A stretch of DNA of 64,000 nucleotides, taken from NCBI GenBank assembly GCA_045564015.1, contig JBJLIB010000014.1, positions 20,466 through 84,465 of the forward strand, read 5' to 3'. The notes beneath the pieces are model-generated. The model saw only the letters and a program-made list of their open reading frames with translations, was not told the origin of the DNA and ran no database searches. A program made the translations under genes and the position numbers. The DNA is from Gammaproteobacteria bacterium (GTDB lineage: Bacteria; Pseudomonadota; Gammaproteobacteria; Magnimaribacterales; D2472). The first letter of the stretch is position 1. Each line of letters starts with the position of its first letter. Of this stretch, positions 26,837-36,975 are shown piece by piece.

Positions 26837-27900
26837 ATACTGACTTAGAGCTGACCTTAAAACATCTGAAAGCTTTAGTTGCATGCGATACATCAAACCC
26901 TCCTCGAAAGATAGAGCAATCAGGGTTGATAAGCTATTTAAACTCTTTGGATTTTATTTCTCCTCAAGTCACAGACTTGGGAGAGGGTTCTTTTAATATC
27001 CTTCTTGCCAAGGGCTCACCAAAATATTTGGTAAATGTTCATTTAGATACAGTGCCAGCTGGAGATGCTTGGAAATCTGATCCACATGATTTAATCATTG
27101 AGAATGGAAAAGCTATTGGGCTTGGTGCTTGCGACATTAAAGGCGCTGCAGCATGTCTATTAACTCTATTAGAGAGAGGAATGAGTGACTATGCAATCTT
27201 ATTTTCTACGGATGAAGAGGCTGGCCAAAGCACTTGTGTTAAAGAATATATAAAAACAAAACCAGTGTTTGAAGGTATTATTGTTGCAGAGCCTACGCAA
27301 AATATGGCGGTAACATGTCATAGAGGGATTCTTACTGGCACCCAAGAATTTTTTGGTCTTGCTGGCCATAGTTCTGAACAAAGAGCCTTGAATGATAACG
27401 CGATTCATAAATTAACACGTTGGTCAGATGCGGCATTGAAAGTTGCTGAATCATATAAGGGAACTTCATTTCAAGATCTGCAAGGCATTGCTTTTAATTT
27501 AGGATTAGTTGAAGGGGGAATTAAGCCAAATATCATTGCTGATCATGCTCAAGTTAAGTTTGGTATGAGGCCTTTGCCTGGCCAATCTTTCGATGAGTTA
27601 TTGAAAGAATTCTCCACTGAATCAATTGAAAATCATTCAAAATTTACATCTGGATTTATTGCTCCCGCATTACCTGCATCGGGAAACATTAAAGATTTAG
27701 AATTATTTGCAGATGAATTGGGTTTAAATTTATCTGCACCAGTAAATTTCTGGACCGAAGCCTCCTTGTTTAGTGAGGCTGGATACCGAGCCATAGTTTA
27801 CGGTCCAGGTGATATTGCTAATGCTCATCAACCCAATGAATCAGTAGATCTTGAGCAGCTAAATCAAGCCTTAACTGATTTTAAACAAATAATTCAATGA
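26833..27900 (+). CDS. argE: M20-family acetylornithine/acetylcitrulline deacetylase
   Basis: M20 metal-ligand regions are present (HLDTV, DIKG, TDEE). There is a 4-nt overlap with each neighbouring gene. Confidence 0.8.
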   Translation: MNTDLELTLKHLKALVACDTSNPPRKIEQSGLISYLNSLDFISPQVTDLGEGSFNILLAKGSPKYLVNVHLDTVPAGDAWKSDPHDLIIENGKAIGLGACDIKGAAACLLTLLERGMSDYAILFSTDEEAGQSTCVKEYIKTKPVFEGIIVAEPTQNMAVTCHRGILTGTQEFFGLAGHSSEQRALNDNAIHKLTRWSDAALKVAESYKGTSFQDLQGIAFNLGLVEGGIKPNIIADHAQVKFGMRPLPGQSFDELLKEFSTESIENHSKFTSGFIAPALPASGNIKDLELFADELGLNLSAPVNFWTEASLFSEAGYRAIVYGPGDIANAHQPNESVDLEQLNQALTDFKQIIQ

Positions 27901-29207
27901 CCAAGTCATCCAATCAGTTTATTAAAAATACTATTTTAAAGCTTTTGGGTGCTATCGGTTCTGAAAAAGAAATAAATAAGTATATTGAAAAATTTTCTTC
28001 TCCTGAGCAACGCTTTGCAGTTATTAAGGTAGGTGGTTCTGTAGTTGAGAATGATCTTGAGAATCTTATTTCGTCCCTAGTATTTTTAAATCAAGTTGGT
28101 CTTAAGCCTGTAATACTGCATGGAGCAGGTCCAATGCTTTCTGCAGCCTTAGAGGAAAAGAGAATTGATTTTTCATTTATCAATGGGCAGAGAGTTACTT
28201 CCCCAGAGGTTAGGGATGTTGCTCATGAAGTCTTCAAGGAAACTAATCAGAAGATTGTAGAGGCTTTGGAAGCTCAAGGAGCCCATGCAAAAGGTCTTGT
28301 ATCTAATGTCTTCCAATGCACCAAAGATGATCCTGATTTGGGTTATGTTGGATCAATTCAATCCGTTAATATTGACCTTGTTAATGAAGTGTTGGAATCA
28401 GATTCTATACCTGTAATTGCGCCTATGGGATTTCAAAGCAGTGAAATGCTCAATATTAATGCTGATATTGCTACTGTTGAATTAGTGAAGGCTATTAATC
28501 CTTATAAAGCTATTTTCTTATCAGAGACCGGAGGAATTTTTAATAAAACTGGTCAATTAATTCCGAATATTAATTTAGCCCTTGAGTATGAGGAGCTGAT
28601 GCAAGAAGAATGGTTACATTCTGGGATGAAGTTAAAACTTCAGCAAATCAAAGCTTTATTAGATCATCTCCCAAGGACAGCTTCTGTCTCCATCACTGAG
28701 CCAATCAATCTTCCAAAAGAGCTATTTACAGATTCTGGATCCGGCACCCTCATAAAACATGGTTATAGTGTTGCTCAACATAAAGTCCCAGATCAAGAGA
28801 CTCAAGAGCATTTTAAAAAAATTATAGAGGCATCATTCAGTGGTAATTTGGTAGATGGTTTTTTTGATGATCCTGGTACTTTAAATATTTTTATGACTTC
28901 ATGTAAGCGAGCCACAATAGCTATTTCAAATGACTTTAGTGTTCCTTATATGGATAAGTTTGGAGTTATTCCTGAGGCAAAAGGCGAGGGCTTGGGAGCA
29001 GGTATCTGGCATGAAATGCGTAAAGTGTATCCGCAGGTTTTTTGGCGTTCACGCCCAAATAACCCTATAAATAATTTTTACACATCAATTTGTGAGGGCT
29101 GTCAAAAACAAGATGAGTGGCATATTTTCTGGATTGGTATATCTGATTATGGCGCTCTAAAAGATTGCATTGAGTACGCTATTAATAAACCAAAAAGTGT
29201 GATTTAA
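27897..29207 (+). CDS. argA/B: bifunctional N-acetylglutamate synthase/kinase (amino-acid kinase domain plus C-terminal N-acetyltransferase domain)
   Basis: 436 aa. The N-terminal AAK fold (VIKVGGS..., HGAGP) is joined to a ~150-aa C-terminal domain. This architecture is described for Xanthomonas/Maricaulis NAGS/K. Confidence 0.75.
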   Translation: MTKSSNQFIKNTILKLLGAIGSEKEINKYIEKFSSPEQRFAVIKVGGSVVENDLENLISSLVFLNQVGLKPVILHGAGPMLSAALEEKRIDFSFINGQRVTSPEVRDVAHEVFKETNQKIVEALEAQGAHAKGLVSNVFQCTKDDPDLGYVGSIQSVNIDLVNEVLESDSIPVIAPMGFQSSEMLNINADIATVELVKAINPYKAIFLSETGGIFNKTGQLIPNINLALEYEELMQEEWLHSGMKLKLQQIKALLDHLPRTASVSITEPINLPKELFTDSGSGTLIKHGYSVAQHKVPDQETQEHFKKIIEASFSGNLVDGFFDDPGTLNIFMTSCKRATIAISNDFSVPYMDKFGVIPEAKGEGLGAGIWHEMRKVYPQVFWRSRPNNPINNFYTSICEGCQKQDEWHIFWIGISDYGALKDCIEYAINKPKSVI

Positions 29208-30143
29208 ATGGATGCTAAAAAAATAGGTTTATTAGGTGGGCGAGGGTACGTAGGTCAAGAAATTGTAGAACTGCTGGCTCACCACAAGCATTTAAATATT
29301 ACTTCGGTTTTTTCTTCATCTAAAGCAGGTGAGCCAGTGGATCTGAATACTGGCAATGACTTGTTATATCAAGATTTAAGTATAGATAAAATTGATTTGT
29401 CTGATGAGGATGCTTTTATATTGGCATTGCCAAATAATGAATCTCAAGATTACATTGATCTAATTCATCGGCACAATCCTAAAGCTATTATTATTGATCT
29501 GAGTTCAGACCATCGTTTTGATGATGCATGGGAATACAGAGTTCCTGAGCTATGTGAAAAGGTTCAATCAAGTAAAATTAGCAATCCTGGATGTTATGCT
29601 TCAGCAATGCAATTTATGCTTGCTCCTCTAAAGAATATTTTAGTTGGTCCAGCGAATTTATATGGGATCTCTGGATATAGTGGTGCAGGAGCTACTCCAA
29701 ACGCCAGAAATGATCAGGAGGCTCTCAAAGACAGCGTCCTTCCATATTCACTCGTCTCGCATCTTCATGAGAAAGAAGTAAAAGCTCATAGTTATCCAAA
29801 AATATTATTTACACCCCATGTTGGCAATTTTTTTAGAGGAATCATGATGACTGGTAATTTTATTCTTTCAGAACCAATGTCATCTGATGAAATTTATAAC
29901 TTGTTCGCTGAGTATTACGATTCAAAGCAGTTAATTTGCATTCAGCAAGAGCTTCCAAAGCTGCAAGATGTTCAAAACACTTCTAATGTAATAATAGGTG
30001 GCTTTGCTGTGGATCAAGAAATTCAGAGGCTGACTTTTTGTTGCGCCCTTGATAACCTTAAAAAAGGTGCAGCAACTCAGACCGTTCAAAACTTAAACTC
30101 TGCCTTTGGATGGGAAGATAATTTAGGAATCATTCAATCATGA
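29208..30143 (+). CDS. argC: N-acetyl-gamma-glutamyl-phosphate reductase
   Basis: The active-site motif NPGCYAS is present. The gene starts immediately after the argA/B stop. Confidence 0.9.
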   Translation: MDAKKIGLLGGRGYVGQEIVELLAHHKHLNITSVFSSSKAGEPVDLNTGNDLLYQDLSIDKIDLSDEDAFILALPNNESQDYIDLIHRHNPKAIIIDLSSDHRFDDAWEYRVPELCEKVQSSKISNPGCYASAMQFMLAPLKNILVGPANLYGISGYSGAGATPNARNDQEALKDSVLPYSLVSHLHEKEVKAHSYPKILFTPHVGNFFRGIMMTGNFILSEPMSSDEIYNLFAEYYDSKQLICIQQELPKLQDVQNTSNVIIGGFAVDQEIQRLTFCCALDNLKKGAATQTVQNLNSAFGWEDNLGIIQS

Positions 30144-31429
30144 AAATTTGGAATCAAAGTTCAAAGGATAAAAACTCTGCAATAGATGATTTTTTATCTA
30201 GTGAAGATATAGTTTTAGATCAAGAATTATTTTTATATGATATTGAAGCATCCATGGCTCATGCTCATGAATTAGAAAATATTAATATCTTAACTAAATC
30301 TGAAACCAAGAAAGTTATCGTTTCCTTAAAGAAGCTTGCAAAGTTATTTTTAGCAAAGAAATTTAAGCTAACGTCTAAATATGAGGACTGCCATTCTGCA
30401 ATTGAGGATTACTTAACAAAAGAGCTAGGTTCGGTCGGCAAGAAAATTCACACTGGTCGAAGTCGTAATGATCAGGTTATGGTTGCTATGCGTCTTTATG
30501 CAAGAGCAAAATTAGATGAAATTCAATCAATGAATCTTAAAATAGCCCAATCATTCTTTGATAAAGCTGAAAAACATTCTTCTGATCCTATGCCAGGTTA
30601 CACCCACTTGCAAAGAGCCATGCCCTCAACTTGGGGTTTATGGTTTGGAGCTTATGCCGAGTCTTTTCTTGATAATGCTGACTTACTATCCAGCACACAA
30701 ACCTGGATGAATATAAATCCATTAGGATCAGCGGCTGGCTATGGGGTTAATCTTCCTATTAAGCGGGATATTTCAACAAAAGAGCTAAACTTTAAGAGAA
30801 AACAATTAAATGCTCTATATGTCCAAAATAGCCGAGGTAAGTTTGAGTTAGAGTTAATTGGTTCTTTAAAGCAACCCATGTTAGATGTGAGAAAATTTTC
30901 ATGGGATATGAGTATTTTCTTAGCCCAGGAATTTAGTTTGTTAAGTATCGCATCCAAGTATTCAACTGGATCTTCTATTATGCCCAACAAGTCTAATCCT
31001 GATGTTATAGAGATCATGAGAGCCAATTATGCGGTGATGGCAGGGCATTATTCTGAATTAGAAAATTTAATATCTTTACCAAGTGGCTATCATCGAGATT
31101 TACAACTTACTAAGCGTTCTCTTATTCATTCTATTCATTGTGCTACAAAGACTTTAGGCTTACTGCCTGATTTGATTAAATCCATTAAAGTGGATACCCA
31201 AAGGTCAAATGAATTTATTGATCAGGATATGTTGATGACCGACCAGGCCTATGAGTTAGTTCAATCAGGACTACCTTTTAGGGAAGCCTATATCAAAGTT
31301 AAGTCTCAGCAAGAGGCAAGCTTTGTTTCTAAAACCCTTTCTAGAAAACACTCTTCATCTGGCTCAGCCTATAACTTGGATTTAAAAATTCTTAAAGCAA
31401 GACTTAAAAAGCTCAATCAGTCAAAATAA
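30140..31429 (+). CDS. argH: argininosuccinate lyase
   Basis: It has a fumarate-lyase signature region (GSSIMPNKSNPD) and TGRSRNDQV. Confidence 0.9.
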   Translation: MKIWNQSSKDKNSAIDDFLSSEDIVLDQELFLYDIEASMAHAHELENINILTKSETKKVIVSLKKLAKLFLAKKFKLTSKYEDCHSAIEDYLTKELGSVGKKIHTGRSRNDQVMVAMRLYARAKLDEIQSMNLKIAQSFFDKAEKHSSDPMPGYTHLQRAMPSTWGLWFGAYAESFLDNADLLSSTQTWMNINPLGSAAGYGVNLPIKRDISTKELNFKRKQLNALYVQNSRGKFELELIGSLKQPMLDVRKFSWDMSIFLAQEFSLLSIASKYSTGSSIMPNKSNPDVIEIMRANYAVMAGHYSELENLISLPSGYHRDLQLTKRSLIHSIHCATKTLGLLPDLIKSIKVDTQRSNEFIDQDMLMTDQAYELVQSGLPFREAYIKVKSQQEASFVSKTLSRKHSSSGSAYNLDLKILKARLKKLNQSK

Positions 31430-31475
31430 CTTACTTTTTGCTTTTCCTTTTTCTTTATGAGAATATTTAAGAAGA

Positions 31476-31604
31476 ATGAATAAAGCTATCAGAATTCAAA
31501 AATCTGAAGCAGCTAGAGATAGACGCCATCGAAGACGTGATTTAGCAGAAAAGAAGTTACAAAATGAATATGCTCGTCTTCGTAAGCTAAGAAGAAAAAA
31601 ATAG
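31476..31604 (+). CDS. possible 42-aa highly basic small protein (below the ORF-track cutoff)
   Basis: My own translation is MNKAIRIQKSEAARDRRHRRRDLAEKKLQNEYARLRKLRRKK. It lies in a 277-bp gap, has only a weak SD, and I recognise no homology. Confidence 0.25.
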   Translation: MNKAIRIQKSEAARDRRHRRRDLAEKKLQNEYARLRKLRRKK

Positions 31605-31706
31605 ACTTTTAGCCGCTTTTTAAATTTTTAACAATTCAGTTGCAGGGGCTTCTTTTATCCTAAAAGACTGCTTGCATCCTCCTCATCAACAGTTTCTAAT
31701 ACTCAA

Positions 31707-32105
31707 ATGAATAAAACACACTCATATTTAAAAAAGTGGCATGAAGGTTTAATATCCAATGACCCAAAATTATTAGATGAAATTCTTGATGAATCTTGTG
31801 TCTTCACATCACCAATAGTTTTCAAACCTATTGAAGGAAAAGCAATGTCAAAACTTTATTTAATGGGTGCCGGTCAAACTTTTGACATGGATAGATTTAA
31901 ATATGTTCGTGAGCTTGTCGATGGTCTTGATAGCGTCCTAGAATTTGAAACTTACATCGATGATATTTCTGTCAATGGAGTTGATATTATTCGCTGGAAT
32001 GATGAAGGTAAAATTATTGACTTTAAAGTGATGATTCGACCCCTGCAGGCCATAGGAGCTCTACAGAAAAAGATGTCAGAAGCCCTGGATAAGTTGGGTC
32101 AATAA
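31707..32105 (+). CDS. NTF2/SnoaL-like fold protein
   Basis: 132 aa. The pattern KKWHEGLISNDPKLLDEILDESCVFTSP... is typical of SnoaL-like domains. Confidence 0.5.
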   Translation: MNKTHSYLKKWHEGLISNDPKLLDEILDESCVFTSPIVFKPIEGKAMSKLYLMGAGQTFDMDRFKYVRELVDGLDSVLEFETYIDDISVNGVDIIRWNDEGKIIDFKVMIRPLQAIGALQKKMSEALDKLGQ

Positions 32106-32114
32106 CTGTTAAAC

Positions 32115-32140
32115 AAAAAAAAGGAGCTCTTTCGAGCTCC
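32115..32140. terminator. bidirectional terminator hairpin between convergent genes
   Basis: Stem GGAGCUC/GAGCUCC with loop UUUC. An A8 run precedes it, which reads as U8 for the minus-strand TBDR transcript; UUCC follows on the plus strand. Confidence 0.7.
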
Positions 32141-32184
32141 TTCCATTACTAATCTAAATAACCACAACTAAGGGGGAAATGATC

Positions 32185-34617
32185 TTAGAAAGAGTAATTA
32201 ACTGTGACTCCATAAGTTTTTGGTGCATTTGGATATCCCTCAAAGGATGTCCTAAATGGATCACCTACAGAAGAAAAAGCAGTATGAAGATACTTGTCAT
32301 CATTTATGTTGTTACCAAAGATTACTATATCTAAATTACCTCTAGTGATTCCTGCGCTAAAGTTGAGCGTATCTTTCGTTTTCTCACAAGTACCTGCTGC
32401 ACACATTGCAACATTTTCTGAAGGAATAATCCTGATCAATGTTGGCCCAGAATAGAGATGATTTAATCTGACATAACCTTCAGTCATACCACGCGACCAG
32501 TTCCAAGTAATTGAACTTGTTAGAGAATCATCATGGACATTTTCAGGCTTAGTACCACTCACGTCACCTGCAGCAGAGCCGGTAAAAGAATCATATTTTG
32601 AATCCATGATTAGTCCACCTAAAGTAATATCAATACTAGGCACAGGGGAGAAAAGCAAATCAAACTCAAATCCTTCTGATGATTGCAACCCTGCATTAGC
32701 TAAAATAAAACCGGAGCTAACAAATGTATTGGATTGAAAGTCTTTAATCTCCTGGCTAAATGCAGTTAAATTAAAATATCCTGTTGATAGTCTCATCTTC
32801 ATACCAAGCTCAAAAACTTCTGCTTCTTCAGGTGATGCATACCTTTGACCAATAGCAGTATTTTCTGCAACTGGTGTTCCAGCTGCTGCTAATGCAGCTC
32901 TTTCAGCTAGATCGGGCAAAGAATTTGTTGATAGGTTCCATGCAGAGGATTTAAATCCAGTTGAAACTCCTCCGTAAAAGCTTACATCATCATTAAGCAT
33001 GTACGTCAGTTTTGCTGTGTAATCAATGTTGTCATCGGATGATTGACCACTTTGACCAGCATTTGGGAACTGCTGCATTTCAGGAATAAACTGAAGGGCT
33101 TGAAATCCAAGCAATGCATTTGTCTGGGGATTTGCAGCTAATGCTGCTGCAGTAGCAGGATCAAAACCAGCTCCAATGAAAGCCATAGTTCCAACACCTA
33201 CAAAACCAATCTGTGAAAACACATCAGTATTTACATCAATTCCTGTTGCTGATTTTTCGTCTTCAATATAACTTACACCTAGGATAGCGCCTAACTTATC
33301 ACTTAGATTTATGTCTACTTGTCCAAAAAGAGTGGTTGTTTCGGTCTCTTGTGTGAAGTAACCAACACTTCCTGTACCCTCCTGAAAAAATAGTGACGGA
33401 GGCAAGCTTAGAAGACCCCCAACTGTGGGAAGAGCTCCGCCTGACGCAATATTTGCAAATGTATTAAATGTTGGTCCCCAAATAACACTACTATCATTTT
33501 TCAGATCTTCTTCATAAAAATATGCTCCTACCAACCAATTGACCTTTGCATCACCATTAGATGCAAGTCTAAACTCTTGAGATTTTGAAGATAGATTCAC
33601 ATTTGTTGTATTTGGGTTAAGTATTCTAGAGCTATCAAAATCAATATCTTGACTTTCAAGGCTGTCTGAATCCCTTGATGAAGTAATACTTGTGAAAGTC
33701 ATATTTTCCATTTCTTTAACAATGTTTACTGAAATTCCGGAATTTTCACCTTTTGCAAAAGAGTCGAAATTGAAATGCACCTGATCGGTGAATGGATTAT
33801 TTGGAGCAGCTTGAGCACCAAGAGCATAAGCAAGTTCTTTCGCAGGACCTGCAGAAACATTACCTACTTGGCAACAAAACTCATCGTATTCATCGTAATC
33901 AGCAGTGATCCTAATTTCTAAATCGTCTGCAGTTTCGATTAATAAATCTGCTCTTAAAGAATATCTATCTCTGTTGTTGGTATCATTGCCTGTCACTGTA
34001 TTTTTAGCATGACCATCAGCTTGGTTAGTATTAGCATTCAAACTAAAAGCCATAGTCTCACTAAGTGGTGCCGTGTAATAAGCTTTTACTATTCTTGAAT
34101 TGTAATTACCAATTGATGTTGAAATCTTTCCAAATTTCTCGAAGGAAGGCTTTTTTGTAATTATATTAATAACACCGGCAGTTGCATTTTTACCAAACAA
34201 AGTACTTTGGGGTCCACGAAGAACCTCAACTCTTTCAACCATTGGCAAGTCGTTAATTCTACTTTGCATTTTTGATCGATACACTCCGTCAACAAATAAA
34301 GCTACAGAGGGCTCAACACCGTTATTATTAGAGCCATTTCCGAAGCCTCTGATAAAGAAAGCAGCATTTTTTGAAGATTGATATTGTCTTGTGTCCAAAG
34401 AAGCCACAACTTGCATTAAATCAAAAGCATCGACCACATTTGCTTTGTCTATTTCGTCAGCACTAATTACTGATACAGCAACAGGGACCTCTTGGAGAGT
34501 CTTTTCTGTTTTAGTAGCAGTTGTGATGATTTCTTCGATTTCACCTGATTGCGCGAATGAATTTAGCGAAAAGATGAAAATAAAACATAAAGATAAAATA
34601 TATCTGTATTTGTACAT
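32185..34617 (-). CDS. TonB-dependent receptor (TBDR2)
   Basis: It has a signal peptide, a TonB-box-like EEIITTATK, the plug motif RGPQSTLFGKNATAGV and a C-terminal NYSF. Confidence 0.9.
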   Translation of the reverse strand: MYKYRYILSLCFIFIFSLNSFAQSGEIEEIITTATKTEKTLQEVPVAVSVISADEIDKANVVDAFDLMQVVASLDTRQYQSSKNAAFFIRGFGNGSNNNGVEPSVALFVDGVYRSKMQSRINDLPMVERVEVLRGPQSTLFGKNATAGVINIITKKPSFEKFGKISTSIGNYNSRIVKAYYTAPLSETMAFSLNANTNQADGHAKNTVTGNDTNNRDRYSLRADLLIETADDLEIRITADYDEYDEFCCQVGNVSAGPAKELAYALGAQAAPNNPFTDQVHFNFDSFAKGENSGISVNIVKEMENMTFTSITSSRDSDSLESQDIDFDSSRILNPNTTNVNLSSKSQEFRLASNGDAKVNWLVGAYFYEEDLKNDSSVIWGPTFNTFANIASGGALPTVGGLLSLPPSLFFQEGTGSVGYFTQETETTTLFGQVDINLSDKLGAILGVSYIEDEKSATGIDVNTDVFSQIGFVGVGTMAFIGAGFDPATAAALAANPQTNALLGFQALQFIPEMQQFPNAGQSGQSSDDNIDYTAKLTYMLNDDVSFYGGVSTGFKSSAWNLSTNSLPDLAERAALAAAGTPVAENTAIGQRYASPEEAEVFELGMKMRLSTGYFNLTAFSQEIKDFQSNTFVSSGFILANAGLQSSEGFEFDLLFSPVPSIDITLGGLIMDSKYDSFTGSAAGDVSGTKPENVHDDSLTSSITWNWSRGMTEGYVRLNHLYSGPTLIRIIPSENVAMCAAGTCEKTKDTLNFSAGITRGNLDIVIFGNNINDDKYLHTAFSSVGDPFRTSFEGYPNAPKTYGVTVNYSF

Positions 34618-34863
34618 TGAAATTCCCCTATGAATTTAATATTAAAAGATGACTTTATACTATATTTTGCAAAATAAAAGGTACATATTTTTCATGAATA
34701 ATACTTTAATTTATTATACAAATTACTTATATGTGAGTTTAATTTAAACATAATTTATTAATATAGAAGGTACACATAACTATATAAATTATTTATACAT
34801 CTGCTTGGTATTGAAATGATTGAATCATATGATGAAAGTTATGAATTTAATGAGACAAATTTA

Positions 34864-36006
34864 ATGACTACCAATAAGCCACTTCAAGGGATAAAAATTC
34901 TAGAACTATCGAGCATAGTGACAGCATCATTAGCCACAATGATTCTTTGCGACCAGGGCGCTGAGGTAATTAAAGTTGAGCCAACTGGATCAGGAGACTC
35001 GATGAGATATCTTGGTACGCAAAAAGGGGGTTTTTCTGCTATTTTTGCAAACTGTAATCGAGGCAAGCAATCACTTAATCTAGATCTTAAAGATAAAGAA
35101 GAAGTAAAAATTTTACTCGAGTTAGTCAAAGAGGCTGATGTATTTATCAGCAACTATCGACCAGGTGTTAATGAGAGATTGGGCCTTGGGTTGGATGTCT
35201 TGAGAGATATCAATCCTCATATCATCTATGTATCTATTTCAGGCTTTGGAGAATCAGGACCTTTGTCAACAGCTCCTGCCTATGATCACGTTATTCAAGG
35301 AATGTCTGGTGCTACCAGCATCCAGTCAAATGGGGATGAGCCAGCTTATATGAAAACCTTAATCTGTGACAAAATTACTGGTTACACAGCATGCCAAGCT
35401 TTAACCGCTGCCTTATTTAAAAGAGAGAGAACAGGCGAAACAAGCCACATCACATTGTCGATGCTTGATTCAGCAATCTTTTTTTTATGGCCTGATGGCA
35501 TGATGAATCACACTTTGCTTGATGAGGATGTGAAGACAGCTCCTCCTTTGTCATCTACATACACCAGTCTCATTCCTGCAAAGGACGGTTTCTTTACTAT
35601 CGCCGCTATGACAGACGGTCAATGGTTTGGTATTTTTAATGCAATCGGAAAACCAGAATTTAAAACAGACCCTCGATTTGAAAATGCTTCAGCTAGAAGT
35701 CAGAACATGACTGAACTTCTGCAAGAATCCCTTTTTAGATTTCACGATTACACCGTTGATGAGGCAATAAATGCATTAAGAGATAATGATGTACCTTGCT
35801 CTCCATACGTTCCTCGTGATGAGGTAATTAACCAACCACAAGTTATAGCTAGTAACACTATTTTTCAGATGGATAGCCCGCATCAAGGAAAAATGAATGC
35901 TGTTTCACATCCAGCAATATTCGATGGCAATAGAATGGAAGTAACTAAAACAGCTCCAGCTTTAGGAGAGCACAGAGATCAAATTATTAAAAAAATAAGC
36001 AATTAA
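34864..36006 (+). CDS. family III CoA-transferase (CaiB/BaiF type)
   Basis: The N-terminus KPLQGIKILELSS, followed by VIKVEP, is typical of the family. The ORF track starts at 34816; family N-termini favour ATG 34864. Confidence 0.8.
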   Translation: MTTNKPLQGIKILELSSIVTASLATMILCDQGAEVIKVEPTGSGDSMRYLGTQKGGFSAIFANCNRGKQSLNLDLKDKEEVKILLELVKEADVFISNYRPGVNERLGLGLDVLRDINPHIIYVSISGFGESGPLSTAPAYDHVIQGMSGATSIQSNGDEPAYMKTLICDKITGYTACQALTAALFKRERTGETSHITLSMLDSAIFFLWPDGMMNHTLLDEDVKTAPPLSSTYTSLIPAKDGFFTIAAMTDGQWFGIFNAIGKPEFKTDPRFENASARSQNMTELLQESLFRFHDYTVDEAINALRDNDVPCSPYVPRDEVINQPQVIASNTIFQMDSPHQGKMNAVSHPAIFDGNRMEVTKTAPALGEHRDQIIKKISN

Positions 36007-36055
36007 TAATCTCTTGAATGCAACATCTCTTGGATGTATATTAACCAACTCAAAA

Positions 36056-36131
36056 GCGGGAATAGCTCAGTTGGTAGAGCGCAACCTTGCCAAGGTTGAG
36101 GTCGCCAGTTCGAACCTGGTTTCCCGCTCCA
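36056..36131 (+). tRNA. tRNA-Gly (anticodon GCC)
   Basis: I folded the cloverleaf by hand. The acceptor is GCGGGAA/UUCCCGC, the D arm GCUC-AGUUGGUA-GAGC, the anticodon stem CAACC/GGUUG with loop UUGCCAA, the T arm GCCAG-UUCGAAC-CUGGU, and the 3' end is an encoded CCA. Confidence 0.95.
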
Positions 36132-36198
36132 CTTTTAATTTTCAAAAATTTTCCATAAGCGCCATCAAACTGTTGAAAATTTTTCATTTAATTTACAA

Positions 36199-36975
36199 AT
36201 GAAAAAAATTGAAGTTAAAGCAATTTTCCTTTCAGATATCCATCTAGGATCAAAAGGCTGCCAAGCAGATCTATTGCTTACATTCCTAAAGCAATATAAA
36301 CCAAAAAAACTTTTTCTAGTTGGCGATATTATCGATTGCTGGAGACTTAAATCAAAACTATACTGGCCGCAATCTCATTCTGATGTATTAAGAAAATTCC
36401 TCACTTTCTCTAAAAACGGCACCAAGGTTCATTTTGTTACTGGTAATCATGATGATTTTCTTCGACGGTATCAGCCACTATCACTAGGCAACATTGAACT
36501 TAATGAACGATTTACCTATACCAGCAAGGGTAAAAAATATCTTGTTATTCATGGAGATCAGTTTGATGTGATAACTAGGTATGGAAGATACATCTCTGTG
36601 TTCGGAGACAGATTATATTCACTGCTTTTGGTAATAAATAGGTATTTTAATCAAATTAGATACAAGCTCGGTTATGACTATTGGTCACTCTCCAATTATC
36701 TTAAACAGAGAGTTAAAAAAGCAGTAAATTTTATTTCCGATTTTGAAGATAACGTCGCAGCAGAATGCAAAAAGAAAGGATTTGATGGGGTTATTTGTGG
36801 CCATATTCACAAAGTAGCAATTTCTGAAGTTAATCAAGTCCAATATATGAACTGTGGTGACTGGGTAGAATCTTGTACGGGGATTATTGAACATCTGAAT
36901 GGTGAATTTGAAATCATAGATTTTAGTAATGTAGTGAACTCTCATTTTTTAGAACCCATCAGTAAAGCTTCATAA
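36199..36975 (+). CDS. LpxH/YbbF-family metallophosphoesterase (UDP-2,3-diacylglucosamine diphosphatase-like)
   Basis: Calcineurin-like motifs are present: SDIHLG, GDIID, GNHD, HGD and GHIH. Confidence 0.7.
   Translation: MKKIEVKAIFLSDIHLGSKGCQADLLLTFLKQYKPKKLFLVGDIIDCWRLKSKLYWPQSHSDVLRKFLTFSKNGTKVHFVTGNHDDFLRRYQPLSLGNIELNERFTYTSKGKKYLVIHGDQFDVITRYGRYISVFGDRLYSLLLVINRYFNQIRYKLGYDYWSLSNYLKQRVKKAVNFISDFEDNVAAECKKKGFDGVICGHIHKVAISEVNQVQYMNCGDWVESCTGIIEHLNGEFEIIDFSNVVNSHFLEPISKAS

Noticed and set aside
34663-34676. A 14-bp perfect palindrome, TATTTTGCAAAATA, upstream of TBDR2.
   Set aside because: It is almost pure A/T with a GC centre, in a very AT-rich 200-bp region that also contains other trivial palindromes (TTAATATTAA). 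I cannot distinguish it from chance without statistics.
36014-36202. A 62-aa ORF overlapping the tRNA region.
   Set aside because: It is read straight through the tRNA-Gly gene (36056-36131), has no SD, and the tRNA cloverleaf explains the sequence.
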